This document shows positions 27,749 to 43,131 of a stretch of DNA of 64,000 bases, piece after piece. The position numbers and the translations under genes are program-made. Origin of the DNA: Chrysomallon squamiferum (lineage: Eukaryota; Animalia; Mollusca). Location: contig CM022676.1 of NCBI GenBank assembly GCA_012295275.1, positions 14,446,001-14,510,000 on the forward strand. The letters are read 5' to 3'. The notes below the pieces were generated by a model. It saw only the letters and a program-made list of their open reading frames with translations. It did no database searches and was not told the DNA's origin. Within the stretch, counting starts at the first letter, position 1, and each line of letters starts with the position of its first letter.

Positions 27749-28567
27749 GATTTATATATTTATTTAATTATTTATTTATTTTAATCACAAGTACGAAAAA
27801 CATGAATTAACATCGAATATAGATAATGGTAATGATTAACAACAAATCTTGTATTGACATGGAAGAGCTGAGTTACATCGACAGTTGCACATCATTTGTA
27901 ATTTACAATGTTTGATTTGACACAGTTTTACTCCAGCACAGTCACAACGAGTGAAACATTTTTCATGTCAAGTGGACTCTGTCTGAACAGCTTAGCACAC
28001 TGAAGTACATTTCTAACTGCAGTCATCATCGCTTAGCTTCCATTCATTAACATTACTAACAAATTGTATCAGTGTGTGAAATAATGGTATAATGTTGTAT
28101 TCCAAATGCTAAAACTGTCTACTTAACTATTCACTGTCTTCTTCTTACTTTTACTTCAAATAACAACTAACACGTCAAGACAATTGCCAGGTCGTTACTT
28201 TAACACTGTCAATTCAAAGAAAAATGTATTTATTATATGTTACTAAGAGGATGGGAGAAATTAATTTCAGCGATACAAGATCAAACAATTTCTGGGATTA
28301 TGTGCAATTCTAGACTGAATCAGACAATTCACATAATAACTGAAAATTTCTCGGATTATACATATTATCTGTGCATTACAAACGAATATGTTTATGTATT
28401 TTAATTGTGTGTATGTGAATAAGACAATATATATATTATTATTAAATTATTATTATTATCAACATTAAATAAATTATTTATTATTTCGGAAACATTTTAT
28501 TATTTATTATTAGTTTTAATTATTAACTAACTAAAAAAAACTAATGAAAATATTATTATTATTCTAG

Positions 28568-28915
28568 GAGTGAAATTTGAATGGTTTCAAGTGATACCTG
28601 TACTAAAAGGTGACACAATGTTTATTAGGTGTCGTTCACGAGAGTCACAGAATCTGAATTCTGATATAAAGTTTGTACATAAAACACAAACTGATAACAC
28701 TACAGTGTGTGACTGTGTACAGAGAGGAGACACGTGTAACTGTAACAGTACACAAAGTTACATTTGTAGATGTGCAGCACAGACAAACAAAACCAATAGC
28801 GAGTACAAAGACTACACAGTTACGAAACGTCACTCAACTGAAAATGACACTGGAGTCTGGTTTTGTGGATCTGATCAGCTTGATGTGTGGAGTGATCCAG
28901 AAGTTGGTGTAATAT
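28568..28915 (+). CDS. Intact Cys-rich Ig-like domain exon (Ig1 of the 26911-34052 receptor)
   Basis: ctag|348 nt|gtaag, open frame, B-strand Cys and DxGxWxC F-strand motif; overlaps ORF 28570..28944. Confidence 0.85.
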
Positions 28916-28950
28916 GTAAGTTTTGTTCTACTGCACTTCCTTAGTAATAA

Positions 28951-28997
<47 letters not shown>

Positions 28998-29002
28998 ACA
29001 AA

Positions 29003-29033
<31 letters not shown>

Positions 29034-30416
29034 AATACTATTCTTCGAATATTTACTTATTTTATTTTTGTTTACAGATTTAATATTTCTATATATACAT
29101 TGTTTAATCATTATTCTTAAATGATTATTTACTTCTTTATTTATTTATTTATTGATATCATAACTTTTTTTCTCCTTATTTCATTTTTATTATTGACAGA
29201 AGTGTTTTTTAAATTAAAACACTGTTACAAATACTTTGTTACTTCTAAACACTACTGATCTTCTATTGGGGGAGCACCAGCCTCGAGTATGTAAAGTCGT
29301 GGAAACAGCGAATGTAAATATTAAACATACACTTTACCGAATGATTACACTTCAGTACACTATAAAACAGTTTTTCACTTCTGCCGCGGGTTTGAACTGA
29401 CTGAAGCTGCTGGTGTCTGTCTCAGACTCGTGAAATGTGCTCTGATTGAAGTTCACGTGACTCACGACTCAGTCTCATACAAGTTCAGATGTAAGAGACG
29501 TTACTTGTATCTTCTGGCATATTAAATTTTAAGCATTTAAAACAAATCAAATAAAATAAGTGGTTATTATATCAGCTAAAAATCTTATGAGTAGATATGG
29601 TATAGGAAACCAAAATCACGTTTAAAATCTCAGTAGACATTTTTTAACAGAATAAACGTGTGATTTGTTTACAGAAGCCGCAGGTGAATGAATAAACTGC
29701 AGACTGGAGACATTGATTTGTTATGTGACAGCATTTTCAAAAATGTCATTTTTCTATAAAATTACGTATTATGAGAAAGGGCAAAAAAAAAAAAAAAAAA
29801 AAAAGGAAGAAGAAAAAGAAACGGTAATAAAAGCAGATTAAAAAGATATCAAGATATCTTTGTTTCTACGAAACATTGCAATTTTGCCACTTTACTGTGC
29901 GGCGCAAAGACACTTCTGACATGAGTTATTTCCAGGTAAATGTCATTCAGTACCAATGTTATGTTTCACTTTGTTCGTCTCAGATTATACTATTGGAAAA
30001 TTCTACACGATTCGTTAAAAACAAATAAAATAATAATAATAAAAATAAATGAATCATGTACAAAATTTTACACCAATCGTCGCGGTTCTGTGAAAATGTG
30101 TTCTCCTAACTGGAGGCGGCAATGTCTCGATTCGGCAGACTCAGTCTTAGCATCTTGTAAATCGACAACGTCAAAACAGAAATAAGGCAGCACTGCGATC
30201 ATTAAGCATCCATCAGTACCACAATCTGATCCCCTTGTTTCAAGTGCATTCATCAGAATCTGATCAGTTTCGTCAAAATCTGAGCATTTCTTAGCCATCT
30301 CCTGCAATTGTCACATAACATGCGTTAACTAACATACGACATATTTTATTAATTTTTGTTTTATTATTATTATTGTCGTTGTTGTTTCTGTTGTTGTTGT
30401 TGTATTTCTTCTTCTT

Positions 30417-30477
<61 letters not shown>

Positions 30478-30832
30478 TTCAGCTACAAATCCTGGTTTAT
30501 CAATGTATTCCTGGACAGCTGTCATCAATCAAAAATTTCACATTTGTTTGTTCTGTTATCAGAAATATTTATAAAGAAGATATCACATTTAAACGAGGTG
30601 ATGAGAAAATTTGTACATGCAGATTTGGAAATATAACATGTGAAACACACAAAGAGTCGACAGATAACTACAGATATAAGTTTGTACAAACTTTGCTCAC
30701 AGGCACAAGTAAATTAACTACTTACAGTTTGACTATTTCATCTATTTCAATCAACGACTGCAAGCCATGGACATGCAACACTGAAAAAAACAAGAGTAAC
30801 TCCATTACACCAACACGTAAGTATTTATTATG

Positions 30833-30873
<41 letters not shown>

Positions 30874-31554
30874 TTGTAATATTAATGTAGTAGCATAGTA
30901 CTGGTAGTAGTATTAGTATTAGCAACAGCTGTAGCAGTTGTAGCCTGATAGTAGCATAGTACTTGAAATAGTTGTAGTAGTTGTAGCAGTGATAGCTGTG
31001 GTTGTAATAGCAGTAGCAGTTGTTGTAGTAGCTGTGGTAGTAACAGTGCTGATACAGCAGCAGTCTGATGATATTTGAGGTATCAGTGGTTGTAGTAACA
31101 GAAATGACACTAGTGGTGACAACAGCTTTAATAGTATCAGTAGAAGTGATAATATTAATATAAGTAATGATAGTAATGGATGTAGTGATACTTGTAGCCG
31201 GAGTACAGGAAATAGTAGTAGTAGTAGATTAAGTGAAGGATACAATGTAAACAGTAGTAGTGGTTGTAATAGCAAAACAGGTATTAACAGTGGTAGTTGT
31301 CGCTGTCGAAGTAGCAGTGTTAAACTAGTAGTTTTAATAATAGTTACAGTAGTCGTAATAACAGTGACAGAAACAAATAACAATTTTAGGTTTAGAAATA
31401 ATAATATTAGTGTACGGTTTTAAAAATGCTCATCAGCAATAAGGTATATATTAGACATTGGTATTTTCACACATTATTATTAATGCTGTTCTTGTTACCG
31501 TTCTTCTTGCTGTTTCTTTTCTGACACGGAAAGATAACTCCTCGGAGTGCAGGT

Positions 31555-31690
31555 GAATGGGTGTCATACGTTCGAGTCTCGTCAGCGGCATCTGACGGGA
31601 TTTATGAGGAGGTGATTGGACTCTGTCCTCCTGCGCCAGTTCGTTTCCGAATACTGTCTATGTGCAGAGTCTAATCATACATACATAAAA
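31555..31690 (+). mobile_element. Possible tRNA-derived SINE remnant (a second candidate lies on the minus strand at ~29280-29460)
   Basis: GC-richer island with B-box-like GTTCGAGTCTC and a short (CATA)n tail. The second candidate has GTTCAAACCC on the minus strand. Confidence 0.3.
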
Positions 31691-33265
31691 CAAGGAATAA
31701 TGAAATCCTTGTTTAGATAGCCAAATGTTAATTATATATAAAGACGATATAAAGACGACATAAACGATATTATGAAAAAATGTGTACGTATATATAAGTG
31801 GACATGTAACTAGAGGTGTAAGTTTGTAGAAATAGAAAACAAAGTTTTACCAACTAATCTAACAATTTCTTTGTTTTCAGTACAATACTCAGGAAACTGG
31901 ACGTCTAATACACAGATATGTGAGTGAAACAATACCAACAGCACTTTCTACAGTTCATTCTCAATTCTTATACTATCATAATATACTTCTTCTTGTTCTT
32001 TTTCTTATTCTTCCGCTTCTACTTCTTATTTTTTATTATTATAATTATAATTATCATCATCATCATCATCATCACGAGACTCATAAATGTGTGTGTATGT
32101 GTGTATGTGTGTATATATATATATATTATTGACACTAATTAAAACATAACTTTAAATTCACAGATAAATATATTTGGTTTGTTTCCTGTTCTGTGATTGT
32201 TGTTTTTGGTGTCGTAATTTTAACTGTGTGCATCGTCAAACGAACCAAGAGTAAAAGTAAGTGTAGAGACTTTTCAGTTAAATTCTAAGAATCTTAAAAC
32301 GTCCCTGTCTTCAGGATAGAAAGAAGAAATAAACATAAGATTAATGGACTAAATGAATAAATGATTGGATGTAAGAACGAATGAAGAATAAAGTAATTAA
32401 AATTTGGAGGACTGAGTAAAATTAATAAAGGAAAGAAATTAAATGATTTGATGAGTTAATGAAGGAAGAAAGGAACGAGTGAAAGAATGTGAAGGGATAA
32501 ATAAATAAACAACAAAATGAATGACTGAATAAATTAGTTTAGATACAGCGAAGTCGGGAGATCTGAGATTAACAGATGAAGGAAGAAAGAAACCTCTGAT
32601 ACTATTATTAGTGTCAAGTGTTCAACCTAAAACGAGATGAAACTTCCTGAGACAAGAACGCTGTTTAGTAACAAAGTGGTAAAAGAAAAGCGTCTATCAC
32701 TCGACAAACAGTGGGGAACTGACTGGATCGGGAAAACAAATGTATTTTATTTTATTATTTTATCTGTTTTGTTGTGTTCGTACAATTGTGCTGAATGCTA
32801 TAACGTAATTTGATAATTGTTATTGTATTTGTGGTTGCTGTTGCTGTTGTAGTTGTGCTGACGTGTATTTTTGTTTTATATTATTAAACAGGCAGGCGAG
32901 CCGATGCAGTCCACTTCCATGTGGAGGAAAATGAAAGTAAGTCAAAACCTCACAAAATCAAACTAATTGATACATGTTATTTAAAACGTATTTCATGTCA
33001 AAAAAAGGACAAACAAAATCTGTATTTTAGTTTTATAAATAGCAACAGACACAGACACATAAATATGTACATATAATTATACACATGCAAAGATACACAT
33101 GCAAATATACACGTGCAAACACAAACGCACACGTATATACGTGTATGTGGTTGATTTTTTCTACATGTGTATAAAAACATGCAAAACACATAGATATTTA
33201 TTTATTTATTTGTTTTGTTTTTCTATTTTTTGATTGTTTGTCTATTCCATTGTTTGTTTACTGAA

Positions 33266-33317
<52 letters not shown>

Positions 33318-34467
33318 ATAATTATTTTTTTTTTTTTTTTTTATTTTTTATTTTTCAGTTATGTCTGACAATGAACTCTACTATCTTTCACCTAGCTTTA
33401 CAAATTATACAGGTAATAAAATAACACCAACAAATTCTTCACTGACATTACTACTATTACTACTACCATTGCTATCACTATTGTTATTACTACTATCACT
33501 ACCACTCCCACTACTACTGTTACTCTTCTAGTGCTACCACTACGATTAATAATAATAGCGATAATAACAGACACGATGATGATGATGATAACGATGAGAT
33601 GATGATAATAAACGACATTTTTTTATACATTTCTTCCCCTCTTTTCTTTTTATCTGTTGTTGTCGTTGCTGACGTTGTTGCTACATGTTTTTATTTGATT
33701 TCTCTCTCTAGTGGAACATGCAACAGTTTTACATTCTGGTGAGAACAACGTTGTAACTGAATATCAGTATGATGTTGTCGTAGACAGGGATTCCATGGCA
33801 ACCACTACAAACACAACTGAAGCCGAATCAACGAATGCTCTGTATGAAAACGAATCGGTGTCAATGTCCGGTCATACAGGAAGCCACCTAGTGGAGGATT
33901 AGGTTTCAGATTTGTACACACAGGTAAACAAAGTTAAACGAGAACCAGAGAATTGTGGGAAAGCCGAAATGGACGAAACAACTAAAACAGAGACAGACGA
34001 ACAAAGTGACTATGTCAACACTTTGTACACAAAAGTGAAAAAAGTTCCATAAGTTCATACGTTACATTTTACTTCTTTTCTTCGTGTTTTTCTTTCTTCC
34101 AGTTTCTTCTTTAGCCATCTTATTTCAATAATTGATTTTTTATTTTTCCTTTACTTCATTTATCTTCGTTTTGTTTTGTTTTGGTTGTATTTTTTCTTCT
34201 TTACTTTTATCGTTTTTTTAATATTCATCTGTTAGTATTAATCATAACTCTTGTATTAATACTATTCCTAATTACTTTTTTATTTTTGTAAGTGTTATCG
34301 TTATTAAATACAAATAATAGAAAAATAAATGTTTTTTGAGCATGCATATTAGAGATGCTCAGATAAAATGAGATGCAAACATTTATACGTGTTTACAAAG
34401 TGATACGTTACTTAACGCACGTCTGATCAGATATACACCAACGGCCGTTAAACAAATAATTATAATA

Positions 34468-34512
<45 letters not shown>

Positions 34513-35182
34513 AATAAATAAATATTTGTACAACGAAACGTAGTTGACTCAAGTGGCGTTACAGAGATTGCACTAACACGTGTATCACGTGACTAAATCA
34601 AGATCTGTTTTGCTGTCAGGCGTATGACAGTAAAGTACAGTTACAGAATAACCGTGTTTTGATAGATATAAGAAATAGCTATGATGCTAGTTTATATAAT
34701 TTCGCTGTTGCAGTGTTCAGTATTTTAAATACTTCACTTACTTAAGAAATATTTCTACTTTAGATAAGTACAAAAATATAGTTCATTATGTTTTGTTCTC
34801 ACAACGTTGAACTGTTTACGTCACGTTTCTAAGAACATATCCAGGATTTTAAGCAAGGCGTGACTGTTATGCAAATGAAAAATGTCAATTTTATTTATAT
34901 TTTTTTACTTCCAGATTGACGATGAATCGTCTGATATAGGATAACAACATTTTTGAACAAATTTACGCTTAATAATAATTGTAGTAATGCTATTATTAGT
35001 AGCAGTACTACTAGTAGTAGTAGTAGTAGTAGTAAAAACAATGATGATGATAAAAATAAAAACAACAACAACAACAGCAATAATAATGATAATAATAATA
35101 ATAATAAAAAATAATAATAATAATAATAATAATAATAGTAATAATACTAATTTTAATATTAATAATAAAAATAATAATAAAG

Positions 35183-35228
<46 letters not shown>

Positions 35229-35350
35229 TAATAATAAACAAGCAGGAAGGATTAACAACGTGACTGCATTCATTGTAAACTGACGTGTTGAATGTTTAAG
35301 TTGTTGCTTTGTTTTACAAGTGATAGTTTCCGCAGACACTCGATTTTAAA

Positions 35351-35485
<135 letters not shown>

Positions 35486-35946
35486 TTTTATATGGATAGA
35501 ACAGATTAGTTAATAATAATTATATGTTTGTATCTGTGAAAAATGTTAATACTTGGTGTATATTTGTAATGATTTTCTTTGATTGTAAAGTATATTATTA
35601 CCGTTTTCACTTAATCGCAGTGTTACATACTGATCAGTGAGTTTTTATGTTAATAGTGAAATAGCTTTGTTATGAAAATATGTAAATGTGATGATTCACA
35701 CTTATAATGTGTAAATACTCTGCACGCATCTGCATGTCTTAAAAAATATATATCTCGGTACATTAAAAACAAATTCTGTTAGTTTTATTTAATTTTGTAT
35801 CTTTAGCAATGAATTGATTGTAATTAAATATTATTTTAACTAGACACTTGTTGTGGTTTTGTTCTGTGACATATAACTATACATAACAATTAACGCAGGC
35901 ATCAGATAAATAGTTTCAAAGTGAGACACATATTTAAGAAAAAGTA

Positions 35947-35982
<36 letters not shown>

Positions 35983-36450
35983 CATGGTCATAATAAAATC
36001 ATAATAATGGTAATTATAAAAACAACAAGATTAATTATAAAAATGATTTTGAAAGAAAATGACATTAAATAAAAAGTAAAATATATATATATAAATATAT
36101 ATATATCAAAGAAACAACAGCTGTGTAAAACAAACACAACAGCTGAAAACATCTGCGTTTTTCTGAGAGAGCGGTCAATAAGTTATTTCTAACAGTGTCA
36201 AACACTTAAAAGTAATCAGAATATTTTAACAGCAAAATAGAAAAACTGGTGACATGAACATGATGATATACAAAACGAGCGAAAAGAAAATGAAAGAATT
36301 AATGATATAACTGAATAAGTAAGAAAAGAAAGAAAGACAAACAAAATACAATAAAATAAAATAAAATATAATAAATATATTGCTTTCGAAAATATTATTA
36401 TAATCGATTTTTTAAAGCCATTTACTTTTAATTTACCTCTGGAATCCGAT

Positions 36451-36603
<153 letters not shown>

Positions 36604-37042
36604 ACATAATCTAAATTTCTTTTCTTCATTTGTGTTTCATTTTCATCTTTTTCTTCCAATTCTCATTTATTTTAAAATAATTTTCCACAGATCGAGCGTT
36701 GTGTGTTCAAAGTGACTCATAAGTTTTAAAATTTCTCCGCGACAACAAATCCTAACTTCCTTGATCAAGGTCAAACAGTAACAAGGAAGATTTGCTGTTT
36801 TAACAATTACACTGAGATGACTGTTAATGTAGTGAATAAATTATCACTTTATCTCTGCTTTATATACAGAACAACGTTGAAAAGACGTCACCAGTTTATG
36901 AATAAGTACGGTAAGTTTGTAGATTCTGCACGACAAGGTATAATTTACAGAAACGTGAACTCTCCCTGAAACACAACATGAAAACACGTTATACTGCCGA
37001 AATACCAGAAACAAAAAAAACAAAAAAAAAAAAACAAACAAA

Positions 37043-37123
<81 letters not shown>

Positions 37124-37409
37124 CATAATAATATTAATAATAATTTCCTATGTCATAAGAACAACATTTAAAACATTATAACTGATCAGACTGATGAACT
37201 GTTTTCAGTAGAATTAGAAAAATGGTTCGGTTTTGTTTCCAAATATGGTAAACAGAACAATCACAATACACAAGGAGATAATCTGGACTAAACTATAGGG
37301 TAGGTGTCATATTTGGTGTGTTGGTAAATCTAAACATGTCATATCAGAACACAGATAGGAAAATGTGGACGGAGATAATCTACAGCCACTCAAATACTAC
37401 TACTACTTG

Positions 37410-37459
<50 letters not shown>

Positions 37460-37651
37460 ATAATAATAATAATAATAATAATAAGATGAAGAAGAAGAAC
37501 AGCAACAAGAACAGCAACAACAATAGTAGTAGTAGCGGTAGTAGTAGTAGTAGTAATAGTCGTAGTCATAATAGTAGTAGTGATAGTAGTAATAGTCGTA
37601 GTAACAGTTGTAGTAGTAATAGTAGTTGCAGTAGTAATAATAAGTATGATG

Positions 37652-37684
<33 letters not shown>

Positions 37685-38035
37685 GTAATAGCAATAATAA
37701 GAACAATAAGTGTAGCAAGAATATTCTACACCCATAATAATAACAACAACACAACAACAAAAACTGTAATAAGAATAACCAAAAAAAAAAAAAATTGACA
37801 ACGACAACAACAACAGTATGACCAACAACAGTATGACCAACAACAATAGAGCAATAGAAACATCAAAACGATTGCTTTATTTATTTTTTAATTCATATTT
37901 TTCATCAACCCTCTCTAAATCCTTGTCAAGCAAATTGTTGGATCCGGTCCTAGTTTGTTCCTAGTTATCTTCCTCTTTGTGTCATTGTTTTATGTGAAAC
38001 AACAGGAAATCAGAGACGTATTACTGACAAACGGG

Positions 38036-39997
38036 ATGCATTTCATAAATCTACACACAATACTTTTTTCATGTGTTTTATCTATTCACTGCAATATCAG
38101 TGACAAATGTGGTTTGCAAAAAGGTAAAATGAAATTTTAATAATACTGTGATTGTTATTTGAGATAAAATGAATCACGTGCTTATAGTTTTCCTTTTAAT
38201 ACTTCTTGTTCACCATTCTTTAGCAGGTTAATAACTCTTCATTTATTTATTTGTTTCTTGTTTTGATTGAATTTATTTATTTCTTTAGTTAGTTACATTT
38301 GTTTTCTTCTTCTACTACTACTAATCGAGATTATTAATTATTTTCAGCGAGTGTTTCTCCAATTTTAATATCATCTTCCTTCAAAACTGGGACATCTCAG
38401 CTGATTTGCTTTGTGACTAAAAGTGTGAAGTGTGAGAAAAACGTCAACACGTCAGATTCAGACTCTGTGGTTTGTTTTTGTGACGAGGAGTTAAAAGTAA
38501 GAAAATGGCAGAATCTGTCAAAGCTCGAGTGTAACTGTTCCGCTGCTTTGCTAGAAAACGAAACAGAAAACAAAACAGAAAACAAAACAGTTCATCTGCG
38601 TTTTGATCCTAAACGTCCGCTTCTTTCAGTTGTCTGTAAGTTTGTTTCTTTGTTTTGATTCTTTTTATTTTATACAGTTTGTTTTTGCTTCTTTTATATT
38701 TTCTTGTTTTATTTGCTTTTTGCAATATATTATATTATATTATATTATATTATATTATATTATATTATATTATATTATATTATATTATATTATATTATTT
38801 ATTTATTTATCAATTTATTCAATTTTATGTGTCAATCAATCTATATATGTCAGTTTATTACTTCATATTTATTTATTGACTGATTTTTATTTTGACCATT
38901 ACGTTTTACAACACTGAGAGTATATCAGTGAAATGAGATTTTACAACAGTTTTTCAGTGTAATGATACTTTATAACAGTGACAGTACATCAGTGCAATAA
39001 CACTTTATAACAGTGAGAGTATGTCAGTGTAATAACACGTTATAACAGTGACAGTACATCAGTGTAATAACACTTTATATCAGTCACAGTACACCAGTGT
39101 AATAACACTTTATAACAGTGACAAGGTATCAGTGTAATAACACTTTATAACAGTGACAAGGTATCAGTGTAATAATACTTTATAACCGTCACAAGGTATC
39201 AGTGTAATAATACTTTATAACCGTCACAAGGTATCAGTGTAATAATACTTTATAACCGTCACAAGGTATCAGTGTAATAATACTTTATAACCGTCACAAG
39301 GTATCAGTGCAATAACACTTTATATCAATATTAGTGAAAGTATATCAGTGTAATAACACTTTATATCAATATTAGTGAGAGTATATCAGTGAAATAACAC
39401 AATAAAACAGTGACAGTATATCACAATAGAACAACTTTGTAACAGTGACACTGTATCAGTGTAATAACATTTTATAACAGTTACACTATATCACAATAGT
39501 AACATATTATAACAGTGACAGTATATCAGTGTAATAACTCTTTATAACAGTGACAGTATATTTGTGTAATAATACTTTATAACAAAGAGAGTATACTAGT
39601 GTAATACAATTTAATAACAGTGGCAATATATCACTGTAATAACACTTTATAACACTGACACTATACTGTGTAATAACACTTTATAACTGGCAATATATCA
39701 GTGTAATAACACTTTATAACAGTAACAGTGTAACAGTGAAATAACACTTTATAACAGTAACAGTGTAACAGTGAAATAACACTTGATAACATTGACATTA
39801 TATCTGTGTAACAATACTTTATAACAATCAGACCATATTTGTATAATAGGAATTTATATTAATTAAAACGGAAACAACAACAACAACAACAACAACAATA
39901 ATAATAATAATAGAAAACGTTTCTGGTTTATTTTGCAGGTAGAGAGGTCAAAGGTTATTCTGCTATTGTGTGGACGTTAACGACATCGGCAGCAGTT
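38036..39997 (+). CDS. Single-pass receptor gene: signal exon, shortened Cys-rich Ig-like exon, TM exon cut by the assembly gap
   Basis: 38036-38123 MHFINLHTILFSCVLSIHCNISDKCGLQK|gtaaaa; 38348-38635 (288 nt, phase 1-1) ASVSPILISSSFKTGTSQLICFVTKSVKCEKNVNTSDSDSVVCFCDEELKVRKWQNLSKLECNCSAALLENETENKTENKTVHLRFDPKRPLLSVV|gtaag; ttgcag|39939-39997 REVKGYSAIVWTLTTSAAV, then Ns. Confidence 0.7.
38915..39830. repeat. Intronic 35-bp minisatellite (~25 copies, degenerate)
   Basis: Unit approximately cagtgacagtatatcagtgtaataacactttataa; near-perfect copies at 39151-39320. Confidence 0.9.
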
Positions 39998-40197
39998 NNN
40001 NNNNNNNNNNNNNNNNNNNNNNNNNNNNNNNNNNNNNNNNNNNNNNNNNNNNNNNNNNNNNNNNNNNNNNNNNNNNNNNNNNNNNNNNNNNNNNNNNNNN
40101 NNNNNNNNNNNNNNNNNNNNNNNNNNNNNNNNNNNNNNNNNNNNNNNNNNNNNNNNNNNNNNNNNNNNNNNNNNNNNNNNNNNNNNNNNNNNNNNNN
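39998..40197. other. Assembly gap (200 N)
   Basis: Run of N; the fixed length suggests a scaffolding join of unknown true size. Confidence 1.
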
Positions 40198-40579
40198 AAT
40201 CATTAATAGGAGAAGATAAATTTAAATAGTTCTCCAATACATTTAAAATAGTTATAATTCTCGTAACATCAAGTCACTGTGAATTCATGGTCAGAAGAGT
40301 ATAACAGTTTTATGATACCTTAAAAAATCAAACCAAAAAAAAACAACAACAAACAAAAATGTTAATTCAGTAACAGAAAAATAAAAAGAGAAAAAGAATA
40401 AGAATAAATGCTAGTGCTTCTACTACTACTCTGTTGAACTACTACCAATGATAATAAAGTATATGATAGACAATTAGAAAAACCTGAAATAAACAATTTG
40501 AATTAAATTTTAATCTTAAAAAAAAAAAAATAAAATAAATAAAAATAATTAAAAAAAAAATATCGAGATATTCATCATA

Positions 40580-41041
40580 GCGGTCTAAGGGGAACAACTC
40601 TATTTTAGTATCGTGATTTACTTGGAAATTCGCACTTAACAACAAATAAATATATTTAAACTTAAAAAAAAAAAAAAAAAGAAAAAAAAAAAGTCACAAA
40701 TCAGTTGTTTTATATTCCCCCATATCGTAAATGATTTTTAAAATTGCTTACCGTGCTTGAATTCGGAATACTTTTTTTTTTTTTTTTTTTTTGTCTTTCT
40801 CTTAATAAAAATCTGCATTTTTTTATTTTATATTAATTATTTGAAGCGATTTCATTTTTTTCTTTCTTTTTTAATCCATAATTAATTATACACTGCATTA
40901 AATCGAAAACAAGTAAAATTATAGTAAGGGAAACAACTCTAAAATGATGTTTCAACTTACCTATTTCCGTTAACTACGTTTGTTATTCTTTTATATATAT
41001 ATAATAAATAAATAGAAAAATAAATAAATAAATAAACAATT

Positions 41042-41085
<44 letters not shown>

Positions 41086-41282
41086 GTAATAAAAAAAAAA
41101 GAAAAACGACAACTATTTACATTTATTTAGTATTAGAGAATAAATACAAATCAAATCTTATTTACATTTACTATAACATCAGTAAATTCTTCTTGCAAAA
41201 CTTTATAGTAGAGTTATTCCCTTTAGACCTTAAATTTACTTATTTAATTTAATTTTTCATTTTATTTATTTATTTATTATTA

Positions 41283-41341
<59 letters not shown>

Positions 41342-41707
41342 CATCATCATCATTTTATTTTCACCTATTATGATCACAGACATATCACTTAAAATTTTTA
41401 TTTCATTTCTTTATTTTATAACTCTTTCGTCGTTTTTATTTCTTATTTCTTTATTCAAATTATAAACTGATATATTAAAAGTTAATCAACACACTGACCA
41501 GATGGAATAAATTATGTAAATTCCAAATTGGAGTTATTCCCCTTAGACCGTAAATTTACTTTTCTTGATAATATTTTCTTAGATATAGATAAAAATAAGT
41601 TTTAATTTTAGATTTAATTTAGGGAGATAATTCAGCTATAAATTTTTGATCAATCAATGCAGATAATTTAATTTTTCTTTCTTTTTTGTTTTCAGAAACT
41701 GAAACGT

Positions 41708-41762
<55 letters not shown>

Positions 41763-42123
41763 TGATGATGATGATAAATAAAGAAATTAATTAAGTATTT
41801 TTCAGTTATTAAAACCAAATATGATAAAGCTTTTGCAATTTTCCGTTATTATGATAAGAGAAATATTACTTATACATTTTGTCTTATTTTGTTTATTTTA
41901 TAACTCTTATTCCATGCTTATTTATTATTTCTTTATTTGAATTTTAAATTGATATACTAAAATTCAATCAAAGGACTAACCAGATGGAATAATTATTAAG
42001 CAGATTTCTTGTTTACTTTTCCTTCCTGTTTCTTTTTATTTTTTAATTTTTTTTAATTTTATTATTACAATTTAAATTTAATAAACATTTTAAGGTTATT
42101 CCAAAAAATGGCATTTTAGTTTC

Positions 42124-42173
<50 letters not shown>

Positions 42174-43076
42174 TTAATTAATTTTAAGTTGCAGGTTGAG
42201 AATCCTCAATTTCAGATTTTAAAGAGTTTAGGATATAAAGAGGTAGCCTGAGTGTAGGATCTAAGTCTAAATACAAACTCTGTTTATATTTTATACACAG
42301 TTTATGCAAACAGTTTTCAGCTCATATGATAACAGAAGTATAACTTAGACTCGTTGTTTTCCTTTATTTATTTATTTTATTTTATTGGAATAAATATAAA
42401 AATAAAATTAGTTTGTTTTATACATTTCTTTTTCATTTTATTTCATTAGCTATCACCATCTTTTTCACATTTTTTAGCTTCTGTGATACATTTATCATGT
42501 CTTATTATTACATAAGACAGATTTCCATCTTGGTTAATTAATTAACATATTAATATGCACTTCATATACTTCTTTATATGTAGATGATTATAATTTCCTA
42601 CTTGATCTCTAGGAATCCTTTAGGCTGTATCCACTAAAGGCCATGAATGGATTGCAGCAAATTCATTGTAGTGTCAAACCTAGTTTTACATCCATTGTGT
42701 GTTTAGTAAGTGTTTTTATAACCTTTATTAATTTATTAAATTTACCTTTATTATTTTTGGTTTTGTTTCTGTAGAATTATTCTGTTTGTGCCATTTTTTT
42801 TAATGACATTCTTTTATTATTATTATTATAAGTAAATAAAATAAATAAATAAATATTAAAATAAATATTAAAATATGTAAACAAACAAAATTAACGGGAA
42901 AAATATAAAATAAAAAAACAACACAGACAGACCCCACATCCAAAACCATCCAAAAACAATAAACCAATAAATAATAATAGAATTATAAAATTTGTCTAAT
43001 AAAATAAGGAATACAAATATAATTAAAGTTGTTGCTTTATTATTCATAGTAGTAGTTGTAATAGAATTATCATTAC

Positions 43077-43131
<55 letters not shown>

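Noticed and set aside
30068-30307. 79-aa minus-strand ORF in the intron between Ig1 and Ig2
   Set aside because: No recognisable domain or convincing splice sites; probably part of an unclassified repeat.
38915-39830. ACAGTG-containing repeats next to an Ig exon as V(D)J-like recombination signals
   Set aside because: No CACAGTG heptamer plus ACAAAAACC nonamer at 12/23 spacing; an ordinary minisatellite.
39955-40237. ORFs spanning the N run
   Set aside because: Artefacts of the assembly gap; only 39939-39997 is real exon sequence.
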